Shown here piece after piece: positions 18,155-28,081 of a DNA stretch of 64,000 bases (the first letter of the stretch is position 1; each line of letters opens with the position of its first letter). The position numbers and the translations under genes were made by a program. The DNA is from Paracoccaceae bacterium. Its GTDB lineage: Bacteria > Pseudomonadota > Alphaproteobacteria > Rhodobacterales > Rhodobacteraceae. The DNA lies in assembly GCA_965203795.1 (NCBI GenBank), contig OZ241915.1, positions 2,494,255 through 2,558,254 of the forward strand, read 5' to 3'. The notes below the pieces were generated by a model. That model worked only from the letters and a program-made list of their open reading frames with translations. It did not search any database and was not told the origin of the DNA.

Positions 18155-19543
18155 TCAGGCGTGGATGGGGCCGTCGCCGCAGGCGAGCGCCGCCTCGCGG
18201 ACGGCTTCCGAATAGGTCGGATGGGCGTGGCATGTGCGCGCGACGTCCTCGGCTGCCGCGCCGAACTCCATCGCGACCGCAATCTCGTGGATGAGCTCGC
18301 CGGCGGAGGGGCCAAGGATGTGGCATCCCAGAATCCGGTCGGTCTTTCCGTCGGCCAGAATCTTGACCATCCCGTCCGAGGCGAAAGTCGCCTTCGCCCG
18401 CCCGTTGCCCTTGAAGGGAAACCTGGACGCCTTGTACTCCGCGCCGTCCGATTTCAGCTCTTCCTCTGTTTGTCCGACCCATGACGCTTCCGGATGGGTG
18501 TACACGACCGACGGAATGACGTCGTAGTTCACATGGCCCGCGCGGCCCGCCAGCGTTTCCGCCACCGCGATGCCCTCGTCCTCCGCCTTGTGGGCGAGCA
18601 TGGGCCCTGCGGTCGCATCGCCGATGACGTAGATCCCTTGCGCCGTCGTGCGCCCGTCGGCAGCATTGATCACGAATCCCCGCGGGTCGGTTTCGACGCC
18701 CGCCTCTTCCAGCCCCAGCCCCGCGGTGACCGGCCGACGGCCGGTCGCAACCAGAACGACATCCGCGGTTTCGCGCAGCTCCTCCTCGCCGCCCCTCTTC
18801 CGGTAGGCCAAGTTCAGCGCGTCGCCGGACCGCACGACCGACCGGACTTCCGCGCCGAGAACGAACTCCATCCCTTGCCGCTTCAGCAGCCGTTGGAACG
18901 CCGTGGCCATCTCGCGATCCATTCCGGCGGCGATCGAGTCAAGGTACTCCAGGAAAACGACCTTCGCGCCGAACCGCGCGAACACCGAGCCGAGTTCCAA
19001 GCCGATGACGCCCGCGCCGATGACCGCCAGCCTGCCCGGCACCGATTCCAGCTCCAGCGCGCCGGTCGAAGTGACGACGGATTTCTCGTCGACCTCGATT
19101 CCCTCGAGGCCGGCCGGTTCCGACCCGGAGGCGATCACGATGCCGCCGGCTTCATGGGTCTCGCCATCGACCTCGACCTGGCCCGGGCCCGCAAGCCTGC
19201 CCCATCCCTTGATCCAGTCGACGCCGTTCTTCTTGAACAGATACTCGATTCCCGCCGTGTTCTCCTTGATCGCCTTGTCCTTGTAGGAAAGGACTTTCGC
19301 CCAGTCGAAGGCGAGCGTGCCGGTCGACAATCCCATTTTCCGGAAGTTGCTCTCCGCCTCATGGTACATGGCGGTCGCGTGCAGCAGCGCTTTCGACGGA
19401 ATGCACCCGACGTTCAGGCAAGTCCCGCCGAGCTTCGGCCGGCCTTCCACGCAACCGGCCTTGAGGCCGAGCTGCGCCGCTCGGATCGCGCATGCGTATC
19501 CGCCCGGGCCGGCGCCGATGACCAGCACATCGTATTTCGCCAT
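18155..19543 (-). CDS. lpdA: Dihydrolipoyl dehydrogenase (E3)
   Basis: Starts [16 protein letters not shown] and contains [13 protein letters not shown]. 462 aa, downstream of sucAB. Confidence 0.95.
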   Translation of the reverse strand: MAKYDVLVIGAGPGGYACAIRAAQLGLKAGCVEGRPKLGGTCLNVGCIPSKALLHATAMYHEAESNFRKMGLSTGTLAFDWAKVLSYKDKAIKENTAGIEYLFKKNGVDWIKGWGRLAGPGQVEVDGETHEAGGIVIASGSEPAGLEGIEVDEKSVVTSTGALELESVPGRLAVIGAGVIGLELGSVFARFGAKVVFLEYLDSIAAGMDREMATAFQRLLKRQGMEFVLGAEVRSVVRSGDALNLAYRKRGGEEELRETADVVLVATGRRPVTAGLGLEEAGVETDPRGFVINAADGRTTAQGIYVIGDATAGPMLAHKAEDEGIAVAETLAGRAGHVNYDVIPSVVYTHPEASWVGQTEEELKSDGAEYKASRFPFKGNGRAKATFASDGMVKILADGKTDRILGCHILGPSAGELIHEIAVAMEFGAAAEDVARTCHAHPTYSEAVREAALACGDGPIHA

Positions 19544-19664
19544 TCGAATCTCCTTGCCTTCGGCAGGCCGGGCCCGGCAATCTCCGCGCGGCCCGGAAAG
19601 AGGGGCGGGCCGCGGGCGCAGCCCTGTCGTGATGGCCGGGGCGGGGCGGCCGCCTCGAACCCGC

Positions 19665-20915
19665 TCAGATCTCCATCAGGAGGCGGCGCGGGTCCTCGAT
19701 CGCTTCCTTCACCCTCACCAGAAACGACACCGCCCCTTTGCCGTCGACAATCCTGTGGTCGTAGGACAGCGCGAGATACATCATCGGCCTGATGGCGACC
19801 TGGCCGTCGACAGCGACCGGGCGCTCCTGGATCTTGTGCATTCCGAGAATTCCCGACTGCGGAGGATTCAGGATCGGCGACGACATCAGGGAGCCGTAGA
19901 CACCGCCGTTCGAGATCGTGAACGTCCCGCCCTGCAGTTCCTGCAGGGACAGCCGCCCGTCCCGCGCCTTCGCTCCGAGCTCGGCGATGCGCTTTTCCAC
20001 TTCGGCGAACGTCATGCCGTGCGCGTTGCGGACGACCGGAACGACGAGGCCCGAAGGCGTGCCGACGGCGATCCCCATGTGCACGAACCTCTTGTAGACG
20101 ACGTCCGTTCCGTCGATTTCCGCGTTGACCTCCGGGACTTCCGCCAGCGCGGTGCAGCACGCCTTCACGAAGAACGACATGAATCCGAGCCGGACGCCGT
20201 GCTTTTTGAGGAACGTTTCCTTGTACTCCGCCCTTAGCTCCATGACGCTCGACATGTCCGCTTCATTGTAGGTGGTAAGCATCGCGGCGGTGTTCTGGGC
20301 GCTCTTGAGCCTTGAGGCGATCGTTTGCCTCAGCCGCGTCATCCGGACGCGCTCGACCTCCTCCGCTTCCGCGGCCAGCGGCCTCTGCCGATCATGCTCC
20401 GCGGCGGCAGCCGCTGCACGGCCGGCCTCGATCACGCGCTGCACATCCTCCTTCATGATCCTGTCGTCGCGGCCCGTTCCCTGCACGCTTGCCGGGTCGA
20501 TGCGGTGCTCCGCCATGAGCCTCTTCGCCGACGGAGCGTGACCGGGCTCGCGAACCGCCTGGTCCGCGCGCCCGGTCCCGGCATTCCCGCCGTCGCTTTC
20601 GGATTCCGGCTTCGGAGCCGCCTCTTCCTCCTTCATCGCCGGGCCGCCGCGGGAGGCCTTCGGCGCCTTGCCCGTCGCGCCGACTTCGATTCTCGCCAGC
20701 ACCGCCCCGACCTCGACGGTGCTCCCTTCCGGGACAAGGATCTCGCGCAGCTGCCCGGACGACGGCGACGGCACTTCGATGTTGATCTTGTCCGTCTCCA
20801 GCTCGCAGAGGACGTCGTCGGCCTGAACCGCGTCTCCAACGCTCCTCGCCCACGATCCCACGACCGCCTCGGAGACGCTCTCGCCCAGAGCCGGAACCCG
20901 CACTTCATCCGCCAT
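19665..20915 (-). CDS. sucB: 2-oxoglutarate dehydrogenase E2, dihydrolipoyllysine-residue succinyltransferase
   Basis: Has lipoyl motif [15 protein letters not shown] and catalytic motif [10 protein letters not shown]. The start [13 protein letters not shown] is 1 nt after the sucA stop. Confidence 0.95.
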   Translation of the reverse strand: MADEVRVPALGESVSEAVVGSWARSVGDAVQADDVLCELETDKINIEVPSPSSGQLREILVPEGSTVEVGAVLARIEVGATGKAPKASRGGPAMKEEEAAPKPESESDGGNAGTGRADQAVREPGHAPSAKRLMAEHRIDPASVQGTGRDDRIMKEDVQRVIEAGRAAAAAAEHDRQRPLAAEAEEVERVRMTRLRQTIASRLKSAQNTAAMLTTYNEADMSSVMELRAEYKETFLKKHGVRLGFMSFFVKACCTALAEVPEVNAEIDGTDVVYKRFVHMGIAVGTPSGLVVPVVRNAHGMTFAEVEKRIAELGAKARDGRLSLQELQGGTFTISNGGVYGSLMSSPILNPPQSGILGMHKIQERPVAVDGQVAIRPMMYLALSYDHRIVDGKGAVSFLVRVKEAIEDPRRLLMEI

Positions 20916-20916
20916 T

Positions 20917-23889
20917 CTATCTGTCCTTTCCGAGCGACAGCGCTTCGTCGACCAGCCGCGCCTGCTCGCTGAGGTGATCCGACATCCTCCCGGCAGCGGG
21001 CGACGCCGCGGCGTTCCGGCCCACATACCGCACATGGTAGTTGGTGCGGCCGACCTTGTTCATCACGTAGGCGAGGTCGGGCTCCATGAAGGTCCAGGCG
21101 CCCTGGTTCTTCGGCTCCTCCTGGCACCAGACGAATTCCGCGCTCTTGAAGCGCGCGAACTCCTTCCGCGCCGTCATGAAGGGGAACGGATAGTACTGCT
21201 CGAAACGCATGAGGTAGACGTCGTCGATCCCGCGCTCGTCCCGCTTCTCGAGCAGGTCGTAGTAGACCTTGCCGGAGGTCAGCACCACGCGCTTGATCTT
21301 GTCGTCCTCGACGAGCTTCACGTCCGACCTTCCCCGCTCCGCGTCGTCCGGAAGAATCCGGTGGAACCGGGTGCCCGGGAGGAATTCCGGCAGGTCCGAG
21401 ACCGCCCGCTTGTGCCGGAGCAGGGACTTGGGCGTCATCAGGACCAGCGGCTTCCTGTCGCTGCGGTGGAGCTGCCTCCGGAGCACATGGAAATAGTTCG
21501 CGGGCGTCGTGCAGTTCGCGACGAACCAGTTGTCGTCCGCGGACATCTGCAGGAACCGCTCCAAGCGGGCCGAGGAATGCTCGGGGCCTTGGCCCTCGAA
21601 CCCGTGCGGAAGCAGCAAGGTCAGCCCGGACATCCGAAGCCATTTCTTTTCTCCGGGCGAAATGAACTGGTCGAACATGATCTGCGCGCCGTTCGCGAAG
21701 TCGCCGAACTGCGCCTCCCAGAGGACGAGCGAGTTGGGTTCCGCAAGCGAGTAGCCGTATTCGAATCCCAGCACCGCGAATTCCGAAAGCATCGAATCGA
21801 TGACCTGGATTTTCGCCTCCTGGTCCTTCGTGATGCTGTTGAGCGGGAAATGCCTCTCCTCGGTCTTCTGATCGATGAAGGCGGCGTGCCTCTGGCTGAA
21901 CGTGCCGCGCACCGAGTCCTGACCCGAGAGGCGCACCGGAAAGCCCTCCAGCAGCAGGGTTCCGAAGGCCATCGATTCCGCATCCGACCAGTTGAAGCCC
22001 TTTCCGGCTTCGAACCGCCTCTTCCGCGCCTTGACCAGCCTGCCGAGCGTCGGGTGGATGCGGAAGCCGTCAGGGACCCTCGCCAGCGCCTGGCCGACGC
22101 TCTTGATCCGGGCCTTGGACGCCCCGGTTTCGTGGATGTCGACATCGCCCGTCGACGCCTTGAGATGGGACCAGCGCCCGTCAAGCCAGTCCGCGCGGTT
22201 GGGCTTGTAGGACTTCGCGACCTCGAACTCCTCGTTCAGCCGCGCCTGGAATGCCGCCTTCGCCTCTTCGATATCGCTCTGCGGAACCAGCCCTTCCTTC
22301 GAAAGCCGCTCGGAATAAAGCTGGAGCGTCGTTTCGTGCGACCCGATGATGTCGTACATCTTCGGCTGCGTGAACATCGGCTCGTCGCCTTCGTTGTGCC
22401 CGAAGCGGCGGTAGCAGAAGATGTCGAGCACGACGTCCTTGCCGAATTTCTGGCGGAATTCGGTGGCGACCTTCGCCGCGTGGACGACGGCTTCCGGGTC
22501 GTCGCCGTTGACGTGGAAGATCGGCGCCTCGGTCATCATGCCGATGTCGGTTGGATACGGCGACGACCGCGAGTTGTGCGGCGTCGTGGTGAAGCCGATC
22601 TGGTTGTTGACGATGATATGGATCGTTCCGCCGGTCCCGTAGCCGTAAAGCCCCGAAAGGCCGAAGCATTCGGCCACGACGCCTTGCCCGGCGAACGCCG
22701 CGTCGCCGTGGATCAGGACCGGAAGCACCCGGTCGCGGCTGCGGTCGTTCAGCTGGTCCTGCTTCGCCCTCGCCTTGCCGAGAACGACCGGATTGACCGC
22801 CTCGAGATGCGACGGGTTCGCAGTCAGCGACAGGTGGACGGAGTTGCCGTCGAACTCCCGGTTGGATGACGCGCCCAAGTGGTACTTCACGTCGCCCGAG
22901 CCCGATATCTCCTGCGGCATCGAGCTTCCGCCCTGGAACTCGTTGAGGATCGCACGGTACGGCTTGCCCATCACGTTCGCGAGGATGTTCAGCCTGCCGC
23001 GGTGGGGCATTCCGATGACGATTTCCTTGACGCCGAGCGCACCGCCCCGCTTGATGATCTGCTCCATGGCGGGAATGAGGGCTTCGCCTCCGTCCAGCCC
23101 GAACCGCTTCGTTCCGGTGTATTTCAGGTGCAGGAACTGCTCGAGGCCCTCCGCCTCCACCAGCTTGTTCAGTATGGCCCGGCGCCCTTCCTGCGTGAAC
23201 TTTATCTCCTTGCCGTAGCCCTCGATCCGCTCCTTCAGCCAGCCGGCCTGTTCGGGATCCGAGATGTGCATGAACTGCAGCGCGAGCGTCCCGCAATAGG
23301 TCCGCTTCACGATGTTCAGGATCTCGCGAAGGGTCGCCGTTTCCAAGCCGAGCACGTTGTCGATGAAGATCGGCCTGTCCAGCTGAGCGTCGTCAAAGCC
23401 GTAGTTCGCCGGGTCGAGTTCCGGATGGGCCACGTGGTGCGTCATTCCAAGCGGGTCCAGCTGGGCGATCCGGTGGCCGCGGATCCGGTAGGCCCTTATC
23501 AGCATGAGCGCCCTGATCGAATCGAGGACGTTCTGCCGGACCTCCTGCTCGGTGATGGCGACGCCGCCTTCGGCGGCCTTCGCCCGGATCTTCAGGCCCA
23601 GTTCCGACGGCGCTCCCCAATCGACGGCGTTCCAGTTGCCGTCGAACGCAGCCGTCAGCTCGTCCTGCGGCGGCGCGGGCCAGTCCAGCCTAGTCCAGGA
23701 AGGGCCCACCTTGCCGTGCGCGGCGAACCCCTGGCCGCCTTCGAACGCCTCGAAATACCGCTGCCAGGAGGAATCAACGGTAGTCGGATTGCGCGAGTAC
23801 TTCGCGTGAAGGCTTTCCACGTAGGCGGCGTTCGCGCCGTGAAGAAAGCTGGTTGCGCGGAATTCCTCGTTGGAGCCGTTCTTGCTCAT
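20917..23889 (-). CDS. sucA: 2-oxoglutarate dehydrogenase E1 component
   Basis: 990 aa with typical motifs ([28 protein letters not shown]). Confidence 0.95.
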   Translation of the reverse strand: MSKNGSNEEFRATSFLHGANAAYVESLHAKYSRNPTTVDSSWQRYFEAFEGGQGFAAHGKVGPSWTRLDWPAPPQDELTAAFDGNWNAVDWGAPSELGLKIRAKAAEGGVAITEQEVRQNVLDSIRALMLIRAYRIRGHRIAQLDPLGMTHHVAHPELDPANYGFDDAQLDRPIFIDNVLGLETATLREILNIVKRTYCGTLALQFMHISDPEQAGWLKERIEGYGKEIKFTQEGRRAILNKLVEAEGLEQFLHLKYTGTKRFGLDGGEALIPAMEQIIKRGGALGVKEIVIGMPHRGRLNILANVMGKPYRAILNEFQGGSSMPQEISGSGDVKYHLGASSNREFDGNSVHLSLTANPSHLEAVNPVVLGKARAKQDQLNDRSRDRVLPVLIHGDAAFAGQGVVAECFGLSGLYGYGTGGTIHIIVNNQIGFTTTPHNSRSSPYPTDIGMMTEAPIFHVNGDDPEAVVHAAKVATEFRQKFGKDVVLDIFCYRRFGHNEGDEPMFTQPKMYDIIGSHETTLQLYSERLSKEGLVPQSDIEEAKAAFQARLNEEFEVAKSYKPNRADWLDGRWSHLKASTGDVDIHETGASKARIKSVGQALARVPDGFRIHPTLGRLVKARKRRFEAGKGFNWSDAESMAFGTLLLEGFPVRLSGQDSVRGTFSQRHAAFIDQKTEERHFPLNSITKDQEAKIQVIDSMLSEFAVLGFEYGYSLAEPNSLVLWEAQFGDFANGAQIMFDQFISPGEKKWLRMSGLTLLLPHGFEGQGPEHSSARLERFLQMSADDNWFVANCTTPANYFHVLRRQLHRSDRKPLVLMTPKSLLRHKRAVSDLPEFLPGTRFHRILPDDAERGRSDVKLVEDDKIKRVVLTSGKVYYDLLEKRDERGIDDVYLMRFEQYYPFPFMTARKEFARFKSAEFVWCQEEPKNQGAWTFMEPDLAYVMNKVGRTNYHVRYVGRNAAASPAAGRMSDHLSEQARLVDEALSLGKDR

Positions 23890-23925
23890 CGTCTTCCCCG
23901 ACTTCGCGTCACCGCCGATCCGGGC

Positions 23926-24819
23926 CTATCCGGATCGGCCGATTGCGGTTTTCACGGCCGAACCCAGCGCGGCCGGACTTTCGGCAATGGCAATCCCCGC
24001 GGACCGCATCGCTTCGATCTTGTCGCCGGCGCCGCCCTTCCCTCCGGAAATCACGGCGCCTGCGTGCCCCATGCGCCTTCCCGGAGGCGCCGTGAGGCCC
24101 GCGATGAATCCGGCGACCGGCTTCGACCTGCCGCGTTTGGCCTCGTCCGCCAGCATTTGGGCGGCGTCCTCCTCGGCGTTTCCGCCGATCTCGCCGATCA
24201 TGACGATGGATTCGGTCTGGCTGTCGGCGAGAAACAGGTCGAGCACATCGACGAACTCCGTCCCCTTGACGGGATCGCCGCCGATTCCGACGCAGGTCGA
24301 CTGCCCCAGACCGGCGTCGGTCGTCTGCTTCACGGCCTCGTAGGTCAGGGTGCCTGACCTGGAAACCACGCCTACGGAACCCCGCTTGTGAATGGCTCCG
24401 GGCATGATGCCGATCTTGCACTCGCCCGGCGTGATCACTCCGGGGCAGTTCGGCCCGACCAGCCTGGAGCCCGAGGATTTGAGCGCGGCCTTGACCCTGA
24501 CCATGTCCTGGACGGGAATTCCTTCCGTGATGCACACGATCAGCCCGATGCCCGCGTCCACGGCTTCGAGCATCGCGTCCGCGGCGAAGGGCGGCGGAAC
24601 GTAAATTGCGGTCGCGGTCGCTCCCGTGCCCGCAACCGCTTCGTGGACCGTATTGAACACCGGAAGCCCGAGGTGCTGCTGGCCGCCCTTGCCCGGCGTG
24701 ACCCCGCCGACGACTTTCGTGCCGTAGGCGATCGCCTGCTCGGAATGGAAGGTCCCCTGCGCGCCGGTGAAGCCTTGGCAGATCACCTTGGTGTCCTTGT
24801 CGACCAGTATTGCCATCAA
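23926..24819 (-). CDS. sucD: Succinate--CoA ligase subunit alpha
   Basis: Contains [16 protein letters not shown] and MGHAGA. 297 aa. Confidence 0.95.
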   Translation of the reverse strand: MMAILVDKDTKVICQGFTGAQGTFHSEQAIAYGTKVVGGVTPGKGGQQHLGLPVFNTVHEAVAGTGATATAIYVPPPFAADAMLEAVDAGIGLIVCITEGIPVQDMVRVKAALKSSGSRLVGPNCPGVITPGECKIGIMPGAIHKRGSVGVVSRSGTLTYEAVKQTTDAGLGQSTCVGIGGDPVKGTEFVDVLDLFLADSQTESIVMIGEIGGNAEEDAAQMLADEAKRGRSKPVAGFIAGLTAPPGRRMGHAGAVISGGKGGAGDKIEAMRSAGIAIAESPAALGSAVKTAIGRSG

Positions 24820-24886
24820 CGATTCCCGTCTCCGGGCGGCCTGCGCCCGATGCCCATGCCGACAGCGTCCTGCCGCGGCACCCCCT

Positions 24887-26095
24887 TCAGCCGGCGCTCC
24901 CCGGCGATTCGACCGCGGCGACGATCTTGCGCGCCGCGTCGCCGAGATCGTCGGCCGCGATCACGTTCAGGCCGCTGCGGTTGATGATCGATTTGCCCTT
25001 TTCGACATTCGTTCCTTCCAGCCGGACGACCAAGGGGACGTCCAGCCCCGTTTCCCGGACCGCCTCCACAACGCCCTCGGCGATCACGTCGCAGCGCATG
25101 ATGCCGCCGAAGATGTTGACGAGAATGCCTTTCACCTTCGGGTCCTGCGTGATGATCTTGAACGCCTCGGCCACCTTCTCCTTCGACGCGCCCCCGCCGA
25201 CATCAAGGAAGTTCGCCGGCTCGGAGCCGCAAAGCTTGATGATGTCCATGGTCGCCATGGCGAGTCCGGCGCCGTTGACCATGCATCCGATCTCGCCGTC
25301 GAGCGAAATGTAGTTCAGGTCGAATTTGGAAGCCTCGCGCTCCCTCGGGTCCTCTTCTGACGGGTCGCGCAGGGCCACGATCTCGGGGTGGCGGTAGAGC
25401 GCGTTCGCGTCGAAGCCCATCTTGCAGTCAAGGCAAAGCAAATCGCCCGACGCAGTCAGAATAAGCGGATTGATTTCGAGCAGCTCGGCATCCTTTTCCG
25501 CGAACAGACCGTACAGGGCCTTCGCAAGCGCAGCGCATTGCCGAACCTGGCCGCCCTCCAGGCCAAGCGCGAATGCAATCCGCCTTCCGTGGAACGACTG
25601 AATGCCCGAAGTGGGGTCCACGCTGAACGACACGATTTTTTCGGGCGAGGACTTGGCGACCTCCTCGATGTCCATTCCCCCCTCGGTGGAGCAAACGAAG
25701 GAAACGGAGGAGGATTGCCGGTCGAGCAGAAGCGCGAGGTAGAACTCCCGTTCAATGTCCGCCCCCTGCTCGATGTAGACGCGGTTGACCTTGCGCCCCT
25801 CCGGCCCGGTCTGGTGGGTGACCAGGGTGCGCCCGAGCATGCGCTTGGCTTCCGCCGCCGCTTCCTCCACGGAGTTGGCGACCCTGACGCCGCCCTTGCC
25901 GCCTGCGCTCGGCTCGACGAATTCGCCCTTGCCGCGCCCTCCCGCGTGGACCTGCGCCTTCACGACCCAGGCGGGGCCGCGAAGCTCGCTGGCCGCCGCC
26001 TTCGCATCCTCGGCCCGGAGCACCGCGCGGCCCTCCGCCACCGGGGCGCCGCTGCGCCGAAGCAATTCCTTCGCTTGGTACTCGTGGATGTTCAT
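24887..26095 (-). CDS. sucC: Succinate--CoA ligase (ADP-forming) subunit beta
   Basis: The start [12 protein letters not shown] is at ATG 26095. The longer ORF-track start is rejected. Confidence 0.95.
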   Translation of the reverse strand: MNIHEYQAKELLRRSGAPVAEGRAVLRAEDAKAAASELRGPAWVVKAQVHAGGRGKGEFVEPSAGGKGGVRVANSVEEAAAEAKRMLGRTLVTHQTGPEGRKVNRVYIEQGADIEREFYLALLLDRQSSSVSFVCSTEGGMDIEEVAKSSPEKIVSFSVDPTSGIQSFHGRRIAFALGLEGGQVRQCAALAKALYGLFAEKDAELLEINPLILTASGDLLCLDCKMGFDANALYRHPEIVALRDPSEEDPREREASKFDLNYISLDGEIGCMVNGAGLAMATMDIIKLCGSEPANFLDVGGGASKEKVAEAFKIITQDPKVKGILVNIFGGIMRCDVIAEGVVEAVRETGLDVPLVVRLEGTNVEKGKSIINRSGLNVIAADDLGDAARKIVAAVESPGSAG

Positions 26096-26215
26096 CGCAG
26101 ATTCCGCCCGATTGCGCTGCTCTACGGATTCCCACAAATCACGGGAAAACTGAAGCCGCCAACCGGGATGCGGCCGAGTTTTCCACCGAAATCGTTGCGC
26201 TTCGGCGAGTATCCG

Positions 26216-27193
<978 letters not shown>

Positions 27194-27249
27194 TCAGCTG
27201 ATGCCGACGGAAGACTGTACCGCTTGCCGATTTCGTGCGCAATCGCGTG

Positions 27250-27258
27250 TCCGCGCTC
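27250..27258. repeat. Target-site duplication TCCGCGCTC (left) of IS copy 2
   Basis: The identical 9-mer recurs at 31981-31989, immediately outside the right inverted repeat. Confidence 0.85.
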
Positions 27259-27435
27259 GGGTGCGGTCCAAATTTTTGGGTTGAACCTGTTCCGCTGTCC
27301 CGGCGTTGGCCGGGACCGGCGCGGGGGGGGTGCAAACGCGCCTCCGCGGGCCGGGATGGATCGGTCCCGGCGCGGCTGCCGAAGACCCGCGAACGGCGGG
27401 CGCCGCGCATCCGGGCGCGAGCAGCGGAGGCATCA

Positions 27436-27761
27436 TGGCAGGCAAGACGAAGGACCCGGAGTTCCGCCATCCGAACACGGTGGCGCATATGCGAAGCTTG
27501 ACGGACGAGGAGGCGGCGGAGCATCCTCCCGTGATCCGCAAGGCCGGCGGCGTCCACGCGGAGTATTGGCGCGAGGGCGGCCGTGTGCGCTGCCGGGAGG
27601 TCGGGGCGGGCGAAGCGTCCGGCGGCCCGGCCCCGTCCTGCCCGGACTGCGGCCGGTCGATGGAGCGGCAGGGCCGGATCGGGAAGACGCTCCCGGCGCG
27701 CCTCGGGCAGGCCGGGATCAAGCGCAGGCATTTCCGCTGCCGCGAGTGCGGCGGCGGCATC
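27436..27761 (+). pseudogene. ISKra4-family transposase, N-terminal fragment
   Basis: Reads MAGKTKDPEFRHP...CPDCGRSMERQG...FRCRECGGG, then homology to copy 1 ends. It also lacks the ~170-nt segment present in copy 1. Confidence 0.7.
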
Positions 27762-28081
27762 GCCTCCTTCGGCGGCCTCGGCCCGGACGGCCAAGGACGC
27801 GGCGCTTGCGAACCGCGCCTTCAATCCGAATACTTCCATCGTGGGTCTCCTTGCCGATTCAGTCGATGAAAACAGCTTGGTGACCCACGCCCCTCAGGGC
27901 AAGGGGTGGAGTGCCATCATTACCCGAACTCAATCACTGCTGTCGGCGCGCCGCGTCCCGGATGCCGTGCCTCCCGTCGGCCGGGAGGCAGGCGGCGCTG
28001 TCTTCCTTCCGGCGCCGCCGGCCCGACTCGGAAACGGGAACGCGTCCGCTCCGGACGGCCGCCGCATCAACACCGCTTGGC

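Noticed and set aside
19544-19664. GC-rich self-complementary stretches in the sucB-lpdA spacer that could be an attenuator or REP element
   Set aside because: I could not define a convincing stem or T-tract by eye, and no second copy occurs in the window.
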